DNA of 64,000 nt from Emiliania huxleyi CCMP1516 (GCF_000372725.1 NW_005202303.1:372001-436000); one strand, 5' to 3'; positions 23,429 to 33,596 are shown, counted from the stretch's first letter. Notes: generated from the sequence alone by a model not told the origin. Translations and numbers: made by a program.

Positions 23429-26400
23429 GTGGTGCCCGAGGCAACCGTGCCAGTGTCGTGCGTGACTGATGTGAGTGATTCGGCTGTGTGTGCGCATGGG
23501 TGTGATACGCAGCATGACAGCGGAGGGGAGGGCGGCGGGAGCGATGTGGAGGTGGGTTCTAGTGCGCCCCCGCCGCAATCGCCGCATCCCCGAGACGGAC
23601 GGAAGTCCGTCGATCGAGATTTGGCAGCAGCTGCTCTGGGCAGCTGCGACACTAGCCCGAGCGCGCCGCGCGGGCTCCTCCTGCACCTGTTCGCGGGCGG
23701 GCCGCGGGATGGGAGCTTCGCGCACTTTGCCACCGCGCTCGGCTTTGATGTGATTGAGAGAGACATCATCCTCGACCCCGGCCATAACCTGGTCGACGAT
23801 GGCGTCTTCGCCGAGGTGATGGAGCTCATTCAGAGCGGCGCGGTCAAGGCGGTGCTTTTGGGCACGCCGTGCGGCACCTTCTCCGTCCTGCGCATCCCGC
23901 AGCAGGATGGTCGAGAGGGCCCGCCGCAGCTGCGCGACCGGCTACACCCCATGGGCATGCCCGGCGTGCCGCGCCAAAACCTCAACGAGCTGGCGACCGC
24001 AAACGTTCTCGTGCGTAGAACCGTGATCATCGCTCAGGCCATCGCCGACGCGGGCGGCGTCTTCATCATCGAGAACCCGCCCGACAGAGGCGATGGCCCG
24101 CTCTACCAGGCCAAGTTTGCATCGCACGCGCCTCTGTGGCTGGTGCCAGAGGTCATCGAGCTCGCCGACCGCACTGGAGCGATCAAGATCACCTTCCCCC
24201 AGTGCGCCCTCGGCTCGGACTTTCAGAAGTGGACGACGCTGCTGGTCTCGCCGCAGCTAGTCCCGCAGCTCGTGGACCTCTCGAGGCTCGCGTGCCAGCA
24301 CCCCGACGGCCACCGTGACGTCGCTGTCGGCGCACGTGCAGCGCGGGCTGCTGCGTACCCTCCGTTGATGAACCGCAGACTGGCCGAGGCGATCTCGGAC
24401 TGCCTCACGTCGCTCGGCGGCGGTGCTCCGAAGGAGAGCAGCCATCTCGCCGGCGACGCTGCGGGCGAGGCTAGCGAGCCGGCGGGCGAGGATCTCGACG
24501 CCCCCGCCGCCGGCCGCGGCTCGCCAGGCATCGTCGCAGATGCTGTCGATTGCCGTCGTAACGATCTGCGTGGCAGCAAAAGGTCGCGCGACGGGATGCG
24601 CGACGCGCAGCTGTCTCAGCGCGCGCGACAGCGACTGAAGCGGCGGCAGGCCGCATCCAGTGGTGAGGCAGGCGACGGGCGAGGTCCTGGGTGCAGAACC
24701 CGCCCCGACCCTGCCGATCCACCGGAGCGCGACACTGCTGCCGACACCGAGCTACTGCCAGAGGCCGCGCAGGCGCCCGCCATGGCGGTCGGGTCTGCCA
24801 TGCCCCATGCGGGGCCGCTCGGCGAGGTGGCGGTCGGCCTGCGGTCGGACGAGGGGTCGGTCGACATCACACGCCTCGGCGTGCTCGGCAATCCCTTTCC
24901 GATCCGCCCTCTCGTCGCGAGGGGCATGGACAACGAGGTGGCGCGCCGCGCAGTGTGCGACGCGCACAGGCTCTACCTGCGGCGCGTCATGAACAGGCAG
25001 GAGGCCGATCTCGCAGAGATAGCAGGCACAGTCGGCGCGCCAGCCGACGGTCAGCCTCTCGTCTATCAACAGCCTCCCGCACCGGAGGCAGTGCGAGGCG
25101 AAATCGACCGTCTTGCATTCGTCGTTGCCCGAGGTGGTCGCCTCCTCCTCGGCTGCGTGTGCGCACCCGAGCAGTGCCACGGCGACGCCGTGAAGGAGGC
25201 TATCCTCACGGCGGCGATGGAGAAGCGGATCTGCGCCGAGCCGCGCGGCCCGCCCGCCTCCGGCTCGCTGCGGAGGCTGGTTCCCGAGCAGGAGGACGTT
25301 CTCCGAGGTAAGCTGCTGCCCGTCGCCAACGAGCCGCCATCGACCGACCCCGTCGAGCCGCCCGCCGAAGATCGGACTCCGCCGGCCCCGCTGCGCACAG
25401 CGGAGCTCATCCCTGGGCCAGTCATACGGCGGCTGCGGCGGTTCCGCCGGGACGTACGCAAGTGCCTGCGGCTGGCGGCCAAAGGCGAGTGGAAGCGAGC
25501 GAGGGGCGCTCGACCCGAGGCCATCTACCTCAGCGAGGAGGAGGCGATCCTTCCGGCGGGCCGAGGCTGGACCTGGCGCCACGATCCCGACGCCGACCTG
25601 TGGCACCCGATCTCGCCCTCCGCGTGGCCCTCCTCCGAGCCCGTCGGCGAGCTCGACCGCGCCGCCGTCGCCGAGCTCGCCACCGATTACCCGGACCAGG
25701 AGATCGTCTCGTACATGTTGCACGGATACCCGGGCCCGCGCATCTCGCCGAGATGCCTGCTCGGCCAGCCGCACGTCGGCGCGCTCAAGGAGCACGCCGG
25801 CTTTGCCAAATGCGCGGCCAAGGACCGCGCCAAGGGCTGGGTCGAGGCTGGCAGAGAGCTTCCTCCCGTCTGGCCTTACTGCGCCGACCCCTTCAACGTT
25901 GTCGAGCGTTATGGCAAGTACCGCATGACCATCGACAAGACGATGACGCTAGTCCCCGGTGTGACCTCGTACAATGACTCGGTCGACCTCGACTCGATCG
26001 ACCCAGTCGAGTACGCCACCATCGGGGACCTTGCCGAGGCGTCCGCGATACTCGCGACCGCCGGAGTGCCCATCGCGCTCTGGGGCTTCGACCTGGAGGC
26101 GTACTTCCGTAAGACCGGCAAGCAGCGGCGCGACGTTTGGATGTCCGGCTTCGTCCACGAGGACGGCTTCGGACTCGACGAGCGGATCCAGTTCGGGCAG
26201 CGCGAGGCTCCAGTCCTCATGTCCCGACAGAGCTGCTATCTCGTCTGGGCGATACGTCGCGAGATCGAGCGGCTCGAGGCCAAGTACCCGCCGAGGGACC
26301 CCGTGGTCAGGCGCTGGCTCGAGGCGCGGCGTCGGCTCGCTGCCGGCGCCGCGGCGTACCGCGGGGCCGCTCTCTCCTTCATCCTCATGTACGTCGACGA

Positions 26401-27436
26401 CCTGGGCGGCGTCTGCGTTGATGACGACGTCGAGGTTGACGGAGTCGTGTGGCGGCGCAGCCAGCTTTACTACGAGGCCGCCAAGGCTGTGGTCGAGCAG
26501 CTCGGCCACTCCATGGCCGACGACAAGCTCAGCCCACCTTCGCGCGAGGGCATGGAGTTTCTCGGCGCGTACCTGCGGATCCTAGATCAGCGCGTCCTGC
26601 CCGCCGAGGGCAAGTGCGAGAGGTACGCCGCGGCGACTCGCGCCGTCCTCGATGTGGAGCCGTCCGGAGGCGTCGTGGTCGTGCCGAAGGAGGCGCTGAA
26701 CTCGCTCACGCACAAGCTGCTGCACGCGGCCTCGTTCATCCCGCTCGGTCGGCAGCATCTGTATCACGTGCGTCGCGCCCTCAAGGCTGAGAACAGGCTC
26801 GCCGGCGCGAGGGCGACGCTCGGCAGGGCCGCGCTCGCCGAGCTGCGGTGGCAGCTCGCTCAGCTGGAGCTCCAGGAGCCCGTCGGGGTACCGTTTGCCA
26901 CGCGGAGCCGCTTCCCGGCGGCGGGATCAGCCGGAGTGCTGACGCCCTACTCGGACGCCTCGAAGGAGGAGGACTCCTCCGAGAGCGGCTTCGGCGCGTG
27001 GTGCGTCATCGACGGCACTTTCGTGTACGTCGAGGGTCGCTGGACGCCGGAAGAGTGCAAGCAGCACTCGATCAACGTCCTCGAGCTCGCGGCGATGAAC
27101 ATCGGCACGTTCGCCTTCCTCGACTACGCCGAGGGGCGCGGCTTTGACGTGCAATACGTGCACGAGTTCGTCGACAACGAAGCCGCCGAGTTCGTCGCTG
27201 ACCGCGGCAAGCCGCGGGCGCCCGCGATGGAGGACCTGCTCGGGAGACGTTACGAAGCCTTTTGGGATCGTGGCATCTTCGCCGCCGCCTCGCGCATCGC
27301 CTCCGTCGATAACGACATCGCTGATGGCCTGTCGAGGGGCGGCGAGAGGCTCGAAGACGCGCTGCGGATCGCCGCCGCGTCGGGCATGCCGACTCTCAAG
27401 CTCGAGCCGCAGCCGCGGTGGCGACAGCTGTCGTGA
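23429..27436 (+). CDS. Pol polyprotein: C5-cytosine methyltransferase-like + DUF4326-like + reverse transcriptase + RNase H
   Basis: LHLFAG (~23678), GTPCGTFS (~23861), IIENP (~24065), AAAYP (~24347); LGNPF...GCVCAPEQCHGD (~24885-25185); FDLEAYF, QFGQREAP, YVDD (26390-26401), EFLG; YSDAS (~26948) to ADGLSR (~27336). Confidence 0.85.
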   Translation: MVPEATVPVSCVTDVSDSAVCAHGCDTQHDSGGEGGGSDVEVGSSAPPPQSPHPRDGRKSVDRDLAAAALGSCDTSPSAPRGLLLHLFAGGPRDGSFAHFATALGFDVIERDIILDPGHNLVDDGVFAEVMELIQSGAVKAVLLGTPCGTFSVLRIPQQDGREGPPQLRDRLHPMGMPGVPRQNLNELATANVLVRRTVIIAQAIADAGGVFIIENPPDRGDGPLYQAKFASHAPLWLVPEVIELADRTGAIKITFPQCALGSDFQKWTTLLVSPQLVPQLVDLSRLACQHPDGHRDVAVGARAARAAAYPPLMNRRLAEAISDCLTSLGGGAPKESSHLAGDAAGEASEPAGEDLDAPAAGRGSPGIVADAVDCRRNDLRGSKRSRDGMRDAQLSQRARQRLKRRQAASSGEAGDGRGPGCRTRPDPADPPERDTAADTELLPEAAQAPAMAVGSAMPHAGPLGEVAVGLRSDEGSVDITRLGVLGNPFPIRPLVARGMDNEVARRAVCDAHRLYLRRVMNRQEADLAEIAGTVGAPADGQPLVYQQPPAPEAVRGEIDRLAFVVARGGRLLLGCVCAPEQCHGDAVKEAILTAAMEKRICAEPRGPPASGSLRRLVPEQEDVLRGKLLPVANEPPSTDPVEPPAEDRTPPAPLRTAELIPGPVIRRLRRFRRDVRKCLRLAAKGEWKRARGARPEAIYLSEEEAILPAGRGWTWRHDPDADLWHPISPSAWPSSEPVGELDRAAVAELATDYPDQEIVSYMLHGYPGPRISPRCLLGQPHVGALKEHAGFAKCAAKDRAKGWVEAGRELPPVWPYCADPFNVVERYGKYRMTIDKTMTLVPGVTSYNDSVDLDSIDPVEYATIGDLAEASAILATAGVPIALWGFDLEAYFRKTGKQRRDVWMSGFVHEDGFGLDERIQFGQREAPVLMSRQSCYLVWAIRREIERLEAKYPPRDPVVRRWLEARRRLAAGAAAYRGAALSFILMYVDDLGGVCVDDDVEVDGVVWRRSQLYYEAAKAVVEQLGHSMADDKLSPPSREGMEFLGAYLRILDQRVLPAEGKCERYAAATRAVLDVEPSGGVVVVPKEALNSLTHKLLHAASFIPLGRQHLYHVRRALKAENRLAGARATLGRAALAELRWQLAQLELQEPVGVPFATRSRFPAAGSAGVLTPYSDASKEEDSSESGFGAWCVIDGTFVYVEGRWTPEECKQHSINVLELAAMNIGTFAFLDYAEGRGFDVQYVHEFVDNEAAEFVADRGKPRAPAMEDLLGRRYEAFWDRGIFAAASRIASVDNDIADGLSRGGERLEDALRIAAASGMPTLKLEPQPRWRQLS

Positions 27437-27638
27437 GTCCGTCCCGGGCCGTGTAGGGCGCCGCGGGCGGCGGGTGGCTGGTTGCCCCCAGAAACCAGCT
27501 CGGGTACCAGTCTCGCCGACGTCGGGCGGGACTGGTACGGCAGTGGAGGCAGGAAGCCGTCCTGCCCGCGCCGACCGGACGGAGTAGTCCGCCGAGCGCG
27601 CCGTGGGGCCTGGAGATGCCCCGGAGCCAAGGAGCGTG

Positions 27639-27932
27639 CTGTCAGGGTCCCCTCAGGGAGCGACTGCACCGTGCTGTCAGGGTCCCCTCCGGGGAGCGAC
27701 GGTTCGAAGGGCGCTGTCAGGGTCCCCCTCGGGGAGCGACGGCGCCCGACCGTCAGGGTCCCTACGGGGAGCGACGGCTGAAGCGCAAGGGGTACTGTCA
27801 GGGTCCCTTCAGGGAGCGACGGTGCCCTACTGTCAGGGTCCCCTCCGGGGAGCGACGGTTCGAGGGGCGCTGTCAGGGTCCCCTCGGGGAGCGACGGCGC
27901 CCGACTGTCAGGGTCCCTACGGGGAGCGACGG
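27639..27932 (+). repeat. Array of 8 palindromic ~26-bp units with short variable linkers
   Basis: CYGTCAGGGTCCC-loop-GGGAGCGAC starts at 27639, 27674, 27714, 27750, 27795, 27830, 27870 and 27905. A 4-unit block repeats with a 155-156 bp period. Confidence 0.95.
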
Positions 27933-28207
27933 TACGCAGCCACGGCAAAGGGCCTGCGCTGCAGTGGTCGCCACTTCAAATGGACTGGCGGGCAATGGGT
28001 GGATGACGAACGGCGGAACAATCCGTGGCATGGTTGCTCGGCCGGGAGCGTCGCTCTGATGAGCAGCGCCTCCCTCTCCCCGTCCTAGTCCCACCACACG
28101 CCTCGTGCGCATTGCCACCGGCGACTCGCCGGTCATCCGCATCTCTCTGGCTTTCTCAGGTGAGGAAAGGCCGCCTCAGCCGGATCCCGGGTACGGCTAC
28201 GCCGCGA

Positions 28208-28926
28208 TGCCGGGCTGCGAGGCGAGCCGAGAGAGCACCACCCCGGTACCTGATCCATCGAGCCAAGCGCCCGCCCTCGCCCCGCACTGGCCGGGGAAGC
28301 GGAGTGCGCCGGAGCCGGATCCGCCGCGTTGGCGCGTCGACGAAGCGACGAGGGCAGCCGGGGCTGGCCGCGTCGCCGATCCAGAGAGCGCCCGGCGCGG
28401 AGGCAGCGCCGGAGGTGCCGGGCAGGGGGCCGTCTGTGACCCGTTCGTGGGGGGCGCGCCGCTCACTGCCGTCGCCGTCGAACGACCCGGCGACGCAGAC
28501 GCGCCCAAGGCCGACGCTGCCCCGATGGGGAGCGCGTACCGCGAGCTCGAGACAGCCTCGGAACGGACAAGAGCCGGTGGCGCCGTGCTCGCGGATCCGA
28601 AGCTTCGCCGGATGAGCGTTCGTTTCGCAGAGGCGATGGCGGTGCCGCCTGGAGACTTCGTGGAGGAGGAGGGCGGCCAGCGCGTCTTCGTGAAAGACGA
28701 AATCGCGCCCAGCCGCGCGTTCGCGGCGCTCTCGATCAAGGATCCAGCCGCGCGCGACGCGATCGGCTCGCAGTACCTCGACGACGAGGGTGAGCCGTTC
28801 AAGTACTCGTTCGACGCCTCCCTCGAGCCCAGCTCGCACCCGCTGGACGCGGAGAAGCAGCTGGAGCTACGAGGGCTCGACAAGGGGATCGAGCAGGCGC
28901 TCGAGGCCGCCACCCGCGATAGAAGG
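28208..28926 (+). CDS. Truncated ORF of the retroelement (candidate N-terminus of a tyrosine recombinase ORF)
   Basis: Coding-like frame (VLADPKLRRMSVRFAEAM...GIEQALEAATRDRR) runs into the gap at 28927. The identity is inferred from position only. Confidence 0.35.
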
Positions 28927-29026
28927 NNNNNNNNNNNNNNNNNNNNNNNNNNNNNNNNNNNNNNNNNNNNNNNNNNNNNNNNNNNNNNNNNNNNNNNNNN
29001 NNNNNNNNNNNNNNNNNNNNNNNNNN

Positions 29027-31774
29027 TGGAGGGCGGCGGCGGCGAGGGCGGCGGAGGGGCAGGTGGCGGCAGGGCTGGTGGCGGCGGCGAGGACGAGGCG
29101 GAGGGCGGCGGCGGCGTGGGCGGCGGAGGGGCGGGTGGCGGCGGGGCTGGTGGCGGCGGCGAGGGCGAGGCGGAGGGCGGCGGCGGCGAGGGCGGCGGAG
29201 GGGCGGGTGGCGGCGGGGCTGGTGGCGGCGGCGAGGGCGAGGTGGAGGGCGGCGGCGTGGGCGGCAACAGGGGTGGTGCTACGAAGGGCGGCGGTGGCAC
29301 TGATGGTGGCGGCGTGGGCGACAGCGGCTGTGGCAGAGGCGCGGCCCGCGGCGGACGTGATGGCGGCGCGGTGGGGCTGCTTGAGGGCGGGACTGACGGG
29401 CTGCTTGAGTCGCCGACAAACCGGAGCAGTTTGGAAGGGAGCCCACTCACGAGGCAGGTGAGATCGGCGGCGAGACCCGGCGTCGAGAGCGGGGTGGCTT
29501 GACCAAAGCACCGCCTCCAGCCGTCCCCGAGCCCGTTGTGATTCGCCCCATCTGAAAGCGGCGCGGCCATCTCAGCCGTCACGGTGCCGATGGCGTTCAC
29601 CGTCTCAATCAGCGAGGCGCCCTCGTAGTAGTAGAGCTCGCGCACCGCAGGCCCGGCGACGCAGGTAGACGCGTTGGCGGGGTTTGCGCACCAGGCCATG
29701 TTGACGTTCGTCTTGTTGTCCTCCGCAATCGTCGGCGCGACTATTGCGTCTAGGTCGGCTGTCCTCCACCATTCGGTGTAGCGGTAGTCCCTTCCCGCGT
29801 CGCGCACGCGGACGGAGTAGCCCATCCCGTTGGCGCCCCGCTTCGAGTTCGCGCCGCCCATGTTGGGCAGCTTCGCGGGCTCGCCGCGCTCCGGCCCGAG
29901 CGTGCGCACCCTTTTCTGGAACTGAGTGTAGGCGACGCCCTTCGATGGGACCCTCGGGTCGAGGAGCGTCGGCAGCAACGACGTCCCCGCCAGTCGTTGG
30001 CTCGGCAGCACCGAAATCGTGCCCGGCGCCTTGCGCTCCACCATCGCGACCAAGGTCGGGTAGATGTCAATCAGCTCGGCGACGCCCGCCGCCTCCGTCC
30101 CGGGCTCGGGCAGCCACGGCGCCGCAATGAAGAGCGGCACTCGCGCCGCCGCTTCGAAGTTGGTGTGCTTGGTCCAGAAGCCGCCGCGGTCACCGAGGTG
30201 ATATCCGTGGTCGCTCGTGAAGACGGTGACGGTGTTTGCGCCGTGCGCGCTCCCCTCGAGCGCGTGGAACAGCTTGCCCACCTACAGCCAGAGAGGCCAT
30301 TGCGTGGGAAGGCGCCACCGCGTGGGCAGCGATGTTGCCTCGCCAACGCCTGCGCGTCGATAAACGAGACGCTCGCGAGGTAGCCGTGCAGCAAGTTGCG
30401 CGCGTCCGCCAGCAGGGGCGTCGGCCGCATCCAGCACGTCATCGGCGGGTCGCCACACATCGTCGAGTTGGGCACTCCGTTTCCGAGCCCAAACGGGGTG
30501 CGCGGGATGAATTCCTGTTCGGTGCTTGAGAAGTCCTGGCCATGCAAGAGCAGCTCTGCCGCGGCCGGAGCGGTGAAGGAGAGCGTGCCCCTCGGCATCT
30601 GGCGCATGCCGTCGTACCTGTCTGGGATGGCGGCCGCTACCTCGGCCGCGCCGTAGTAGTCCCAGTACATCTTTGGAGCGTTGAAGGGGATGTGCGGCCG
30701 CCAGAAGCCGATGCAGAGGAAGAAGGGCGCGGCATTGGCCGGCCAGTCACGCACCCACGCCGCGGCATTGTCGCCGTACCACCCATCCTCGTACGCATCG
30801 TCAGGCACGCTGATGCCCTCAGCGGTCTGTCCCGCGTCGAATGGAGCAAGATCGACATCACCGGTGGTGCGCTCGAGTTCGGCCTTGGTGACACCGCCGC
30901 GCACGGTCCGGTTGTCGTGGTAGAATCGAAAGGGCTCTGGCGACCGGAGGTAGGCGTCGACGCTTCGAAGGATCTCGATAGAGGCGCCGGCTGCCCGCCT
31001 TCCCCGGTGAAGCAGCTTACCGTAGGCACGCACATAGTACCCGTTGTCGCGGAAGGCTTGCGGGAGCAGCGTGTAAGGACTCGCCGGTGGCTCCAAGAAG
31101 CGCACCTTGTCCTCTCTGGCATTGGTCCACCCGCCCGTCTGGTCTGGGCGCAGGCTGGTGAATATAGCGACGCGGGACGGCGCGCAGGAGCACAGCTGGG
31201 CGTACGTGTGCGGGAAGGAGACGCCGCTCGCTCGCAGCAAGTCGAGGTTGGGAGTGCGGGCCGGCACGGGTGTGTTGAGGGTGAGGTCGTCCGAGATCAT
31301 AAATATCACGTTTGGTGGCTTTTTTGGCAGATTGGGCGGTGGCGGCAGTGGCCGCGGCACCGGCGCCGGCGGTGCTTGCAGTTCCGGCAACGTCTGTGGC
31401 CTCCCAGCGGGCGAGGGGGGAGGGACGAAGATCAGGGGCGGATCCGGCGGTGGTGGTGGCGGTGGCGGGGGCGGCGGCTGCGGTGGCGGCGGCGGCGGCT
31501 GCGGTGGCGGCGGCCGTGGTAAGATGCCGTCGCGGCATGCGACCTCCGATTCGCAGGACTTCCAGCCACACTTTTTCTCCCACGAGTGGGTGCTCCGCTG
31601 GCAGAAGAGCTGACGCTGGCACTCGAAGCAAGAGTCCGAGCACTGCCACTCTCTCCACGAACACTTTTGCGACCAATCTTCCCGCGAAAAGAGGCAAAGC
31701 GCAGGGCAAGGCGATCGCTCGAGCGCGCAGCTCAGATGTGCGAGCGCCAACAACGCCAGTGGCCGGCGCACCAT
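29027..31774 (-). CDS. Secreted formylglycine-dependent sulfatase (iduronate-2-sulfatase/choline-sulfatase-like) with Pro-rich linkers
   Basis: Signal peptide MVRRPLALLALAHLSCA; PNVIFMISDDL; CAPSR (CxPSR); GKLLH; GFWRPHIPF; SDHGYHLGD..WTKHTNFE. GC-AG intron 30282-30349. The SPPPP tail runs into the gap. Confidence 0.9.
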
Positions 31775-32204
31775 GTCTAGCGCGTGGAGGCGCAAGACTT
31801 CCTGGATGTAGACGGGCACCCGCAAAAGGGCGATCGGTCGTCCGCAAAATTCCGTAATGGAGGAATTAATCAATCGTTTGCGCGAGCCTCTATTCTTTTT
31901 TCCGGGACGCCGCCATTGATGGTTGGGTGGCAGGGTTGGTGCTGGGGTGGTAGGGTTGGGTGGTGTGCAAGGCATCACTGCTTGTCGTTGTTTGTTTGTC
32001 CGTGACGAGAAAGAAGTCCAGAAAGAAGAAAAGATGATTTTGCAAGCAAGATGATTTCATCCGGAAGGGATGGGGTGCTGTCGTGCGATTTCGGGCCCGG
32101 GTCTGTGCTTTAGAGAGATTTTTGTGCTTTTGTGGGATCCAGTGCTGACTTCTGGCTGTCGTTGCTGTCTCTCCCTTTATGAGAGATTGTGCTTGTGCGT
32201 CTTG

Positions 32205-32470
32205 GCCCGGCCGGGGCTGTGACACTGCTTCAGCACTGCCTTCGGCTCGAGGACCTCGAAGCAGTACACGTCGGTGCGCGAGCCTGCCGCCAGCTCCACG
32301 TGCGGCGGCGCGGCGGCAGGCAGCTCGACGTCCCCCCGCGCGGGGAGCACCTCGGCCCGCAGCTGCAGCGACTCTGGCAGCCGATTGATCACCACGAAGC
32401 GCGGGCAGACGGCGACGGACGACGAGAGGAGCTCGAAGCCGGGCGGGCCGGGCTCGATCGACACGTCGAT
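32205..32470 (-). pseudogene. Isolated coding fragment, possibly a VPS13 SHR-BD-like repeat
   Basis: IDVSIEPGPPGF...VAVCPRFVVINRLPESLQL is cut off by repeat family D. Weak motif resemblance only. Confidence 0.3.
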
Positions 32471-32472
32471 CC

Positions 32473-32742
32473 TGTTTGTTATGACCCCCCCCCCCCCCCC
32501 AATGTGCAATGAACACACCAGTGAGGGAGGGCGAGACGATCGAGGGGTCCCGTACCATGCGGAATCGACCCTATCCAGTGCTCAAGTGCTCAAGTGCCCT
32601 TGCGTGAAGCGTAAAGCGTACGAAAAAGAAAGAAAACAGCCAACCCAAGGGAGGGATGGAGGACGGCATGCCGCCACCACACAGGGATTTTAAGGCCCCG
32701 TACCACGCGGAATCGACCCTATCCAGTGCTCAAAGTGCTCAA
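32473..32742 (+). repeat. Repeat family D copy with a family C copy between ~44-bp direct repeats
   Basis: 32473-32593 matches 62147-62254 inverted. CCCGTACCAYGCGGAATCGACCCTATCCAGTGCTCAA occurs at ~32549 and ~32697, flanking family C (32625-32695). Confidence 0.85.
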
Positions 32743-33065
32743 TAGGAGTGTGGTGCTAGCCCCCACCCTCGGGGCGTCTACCTCTTCCTACCTATCTCTC
32801 TTCGCAGTTTCTCGCCAATTCTCGCAGCGACCTGCGTGAAGCGTACTTGTATGATTCGCGTGTGTTCATCTTCTTGATCACTTGCTGTGTTCATCTTCTT
32901 GGATCGCGCCACCCACGCCACTTCCTTTTTAACCCCGAGGTAGGGATCCCCACCTCTAACATCGCAGGGATCCCACCCCTCGAGAGTCACCCCCCCACCC
33001 CCCCGCGGAGTCGGCTGGGCTAACCAGCCAGTCCACACACCCGCCGACGATGGCCACACCCGACG

Positions 33066-33596
33066 ATGGCTCTCGCCGAGAAGAGCGAGCTTGCGAGCAG
33101 CCCGAGCTCCGTCATGGCCGGTGTCTTATCGCCTCTGGAGGCTGCGGTGTCTGAGCGGCTGCTGCGAGAGCGCGCTGGCGAGTTGACATCACTTGGGCAG
33201 CTCTCGCTGGTCAGCCAGCGCCGCGCCGAAGAATGCCCGATCTGCTGCGTGCCGGCGTGCGAGCAGGCGTATCCACTCCCAGCGCTGCCGCAGGGCGCGT
33301 ATGCCTGCGCGCACGCGATTTGCCGCGATTGCATCGAGAGGATGCTGATTGCGGCCTGCGAATCATCCGAGCCGTCGCGCGCGATGCGATGCCCATTCTG
33401 CCGAGCCAAGGAGGTCTGCCAGGCCGATCTGCCAGTCCCTCCTTGGTACCGCGCCGTCCTGTCCCGGCGCGCGGTCGTCGAGGCTCGTGCCCACGCGGAG
33501 AGACGCTGCCGCGAGAACGCGCTGGCGGTACCTCCTACGAGGAAGAACCAGGTTCGTTGTGAAGAGCTGGGGCGCGCCACCCAAGAGCCTAGGTAG
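33066..33596 (+). CDS. RING finger (C3HC4) protein
   Basis: CPIC...CAHAICRDC...CPFCR spacing. Confidence 0.75.
   Translation: MALAEKSELASSPSSVMAGVLSPLEAAVSERLLRERAGELTSLGQLSLVSQRRAEECPICCVPACEQAYPLPALPQGAYACAHAICRDCIERMLIAACESSEPSRAMRCPFCRAKEVCQADLPVPPWYRAVLSRRAVVEARAHAERRCRENALAVPPTRKNQVRCEELGRATQEPR

Larger units (their letters stand above)
20914..28926 (+). mobile_element. DIRS/Ngaro-like retrotransposon, 3' part lost in an assembly gap
   Basis: Long ORFs without evident introns: ORF0, gag-like ORF1, then pol with RT (YVDD) and DIRS-type RNase H (YSDAS..HSINVLEL..FVDN..NDIADGLSR). No protease or DDE integrase seen. The tyrosine recombinase is not visible before the gap and the termini are undefined. 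Confidence 0.8.

Noticed and set aside
27639..27932. CRISPR array
   Set aside because: Linkers are only 9-19 nt and repeat with the 4-unit period, no cas genes are present, and the context is a eukaryotic retroelement.
28056..28170. Hammerhead ribozyme (CTGATGAG); also CTGACGAG at ~20488 and ~51455 and CTGATGAAGAAA at ~13610
   Set aside because: No credible stem II followed by GAAA and stems I/III could be built by eye.
28105..30281. ORFs spanning the 28927-29026 gap (retroelement-sulfatase fusion)
   Set aside because: Artefact of translating through 100 Ns; the two sides belong to different genes on opposite strands.
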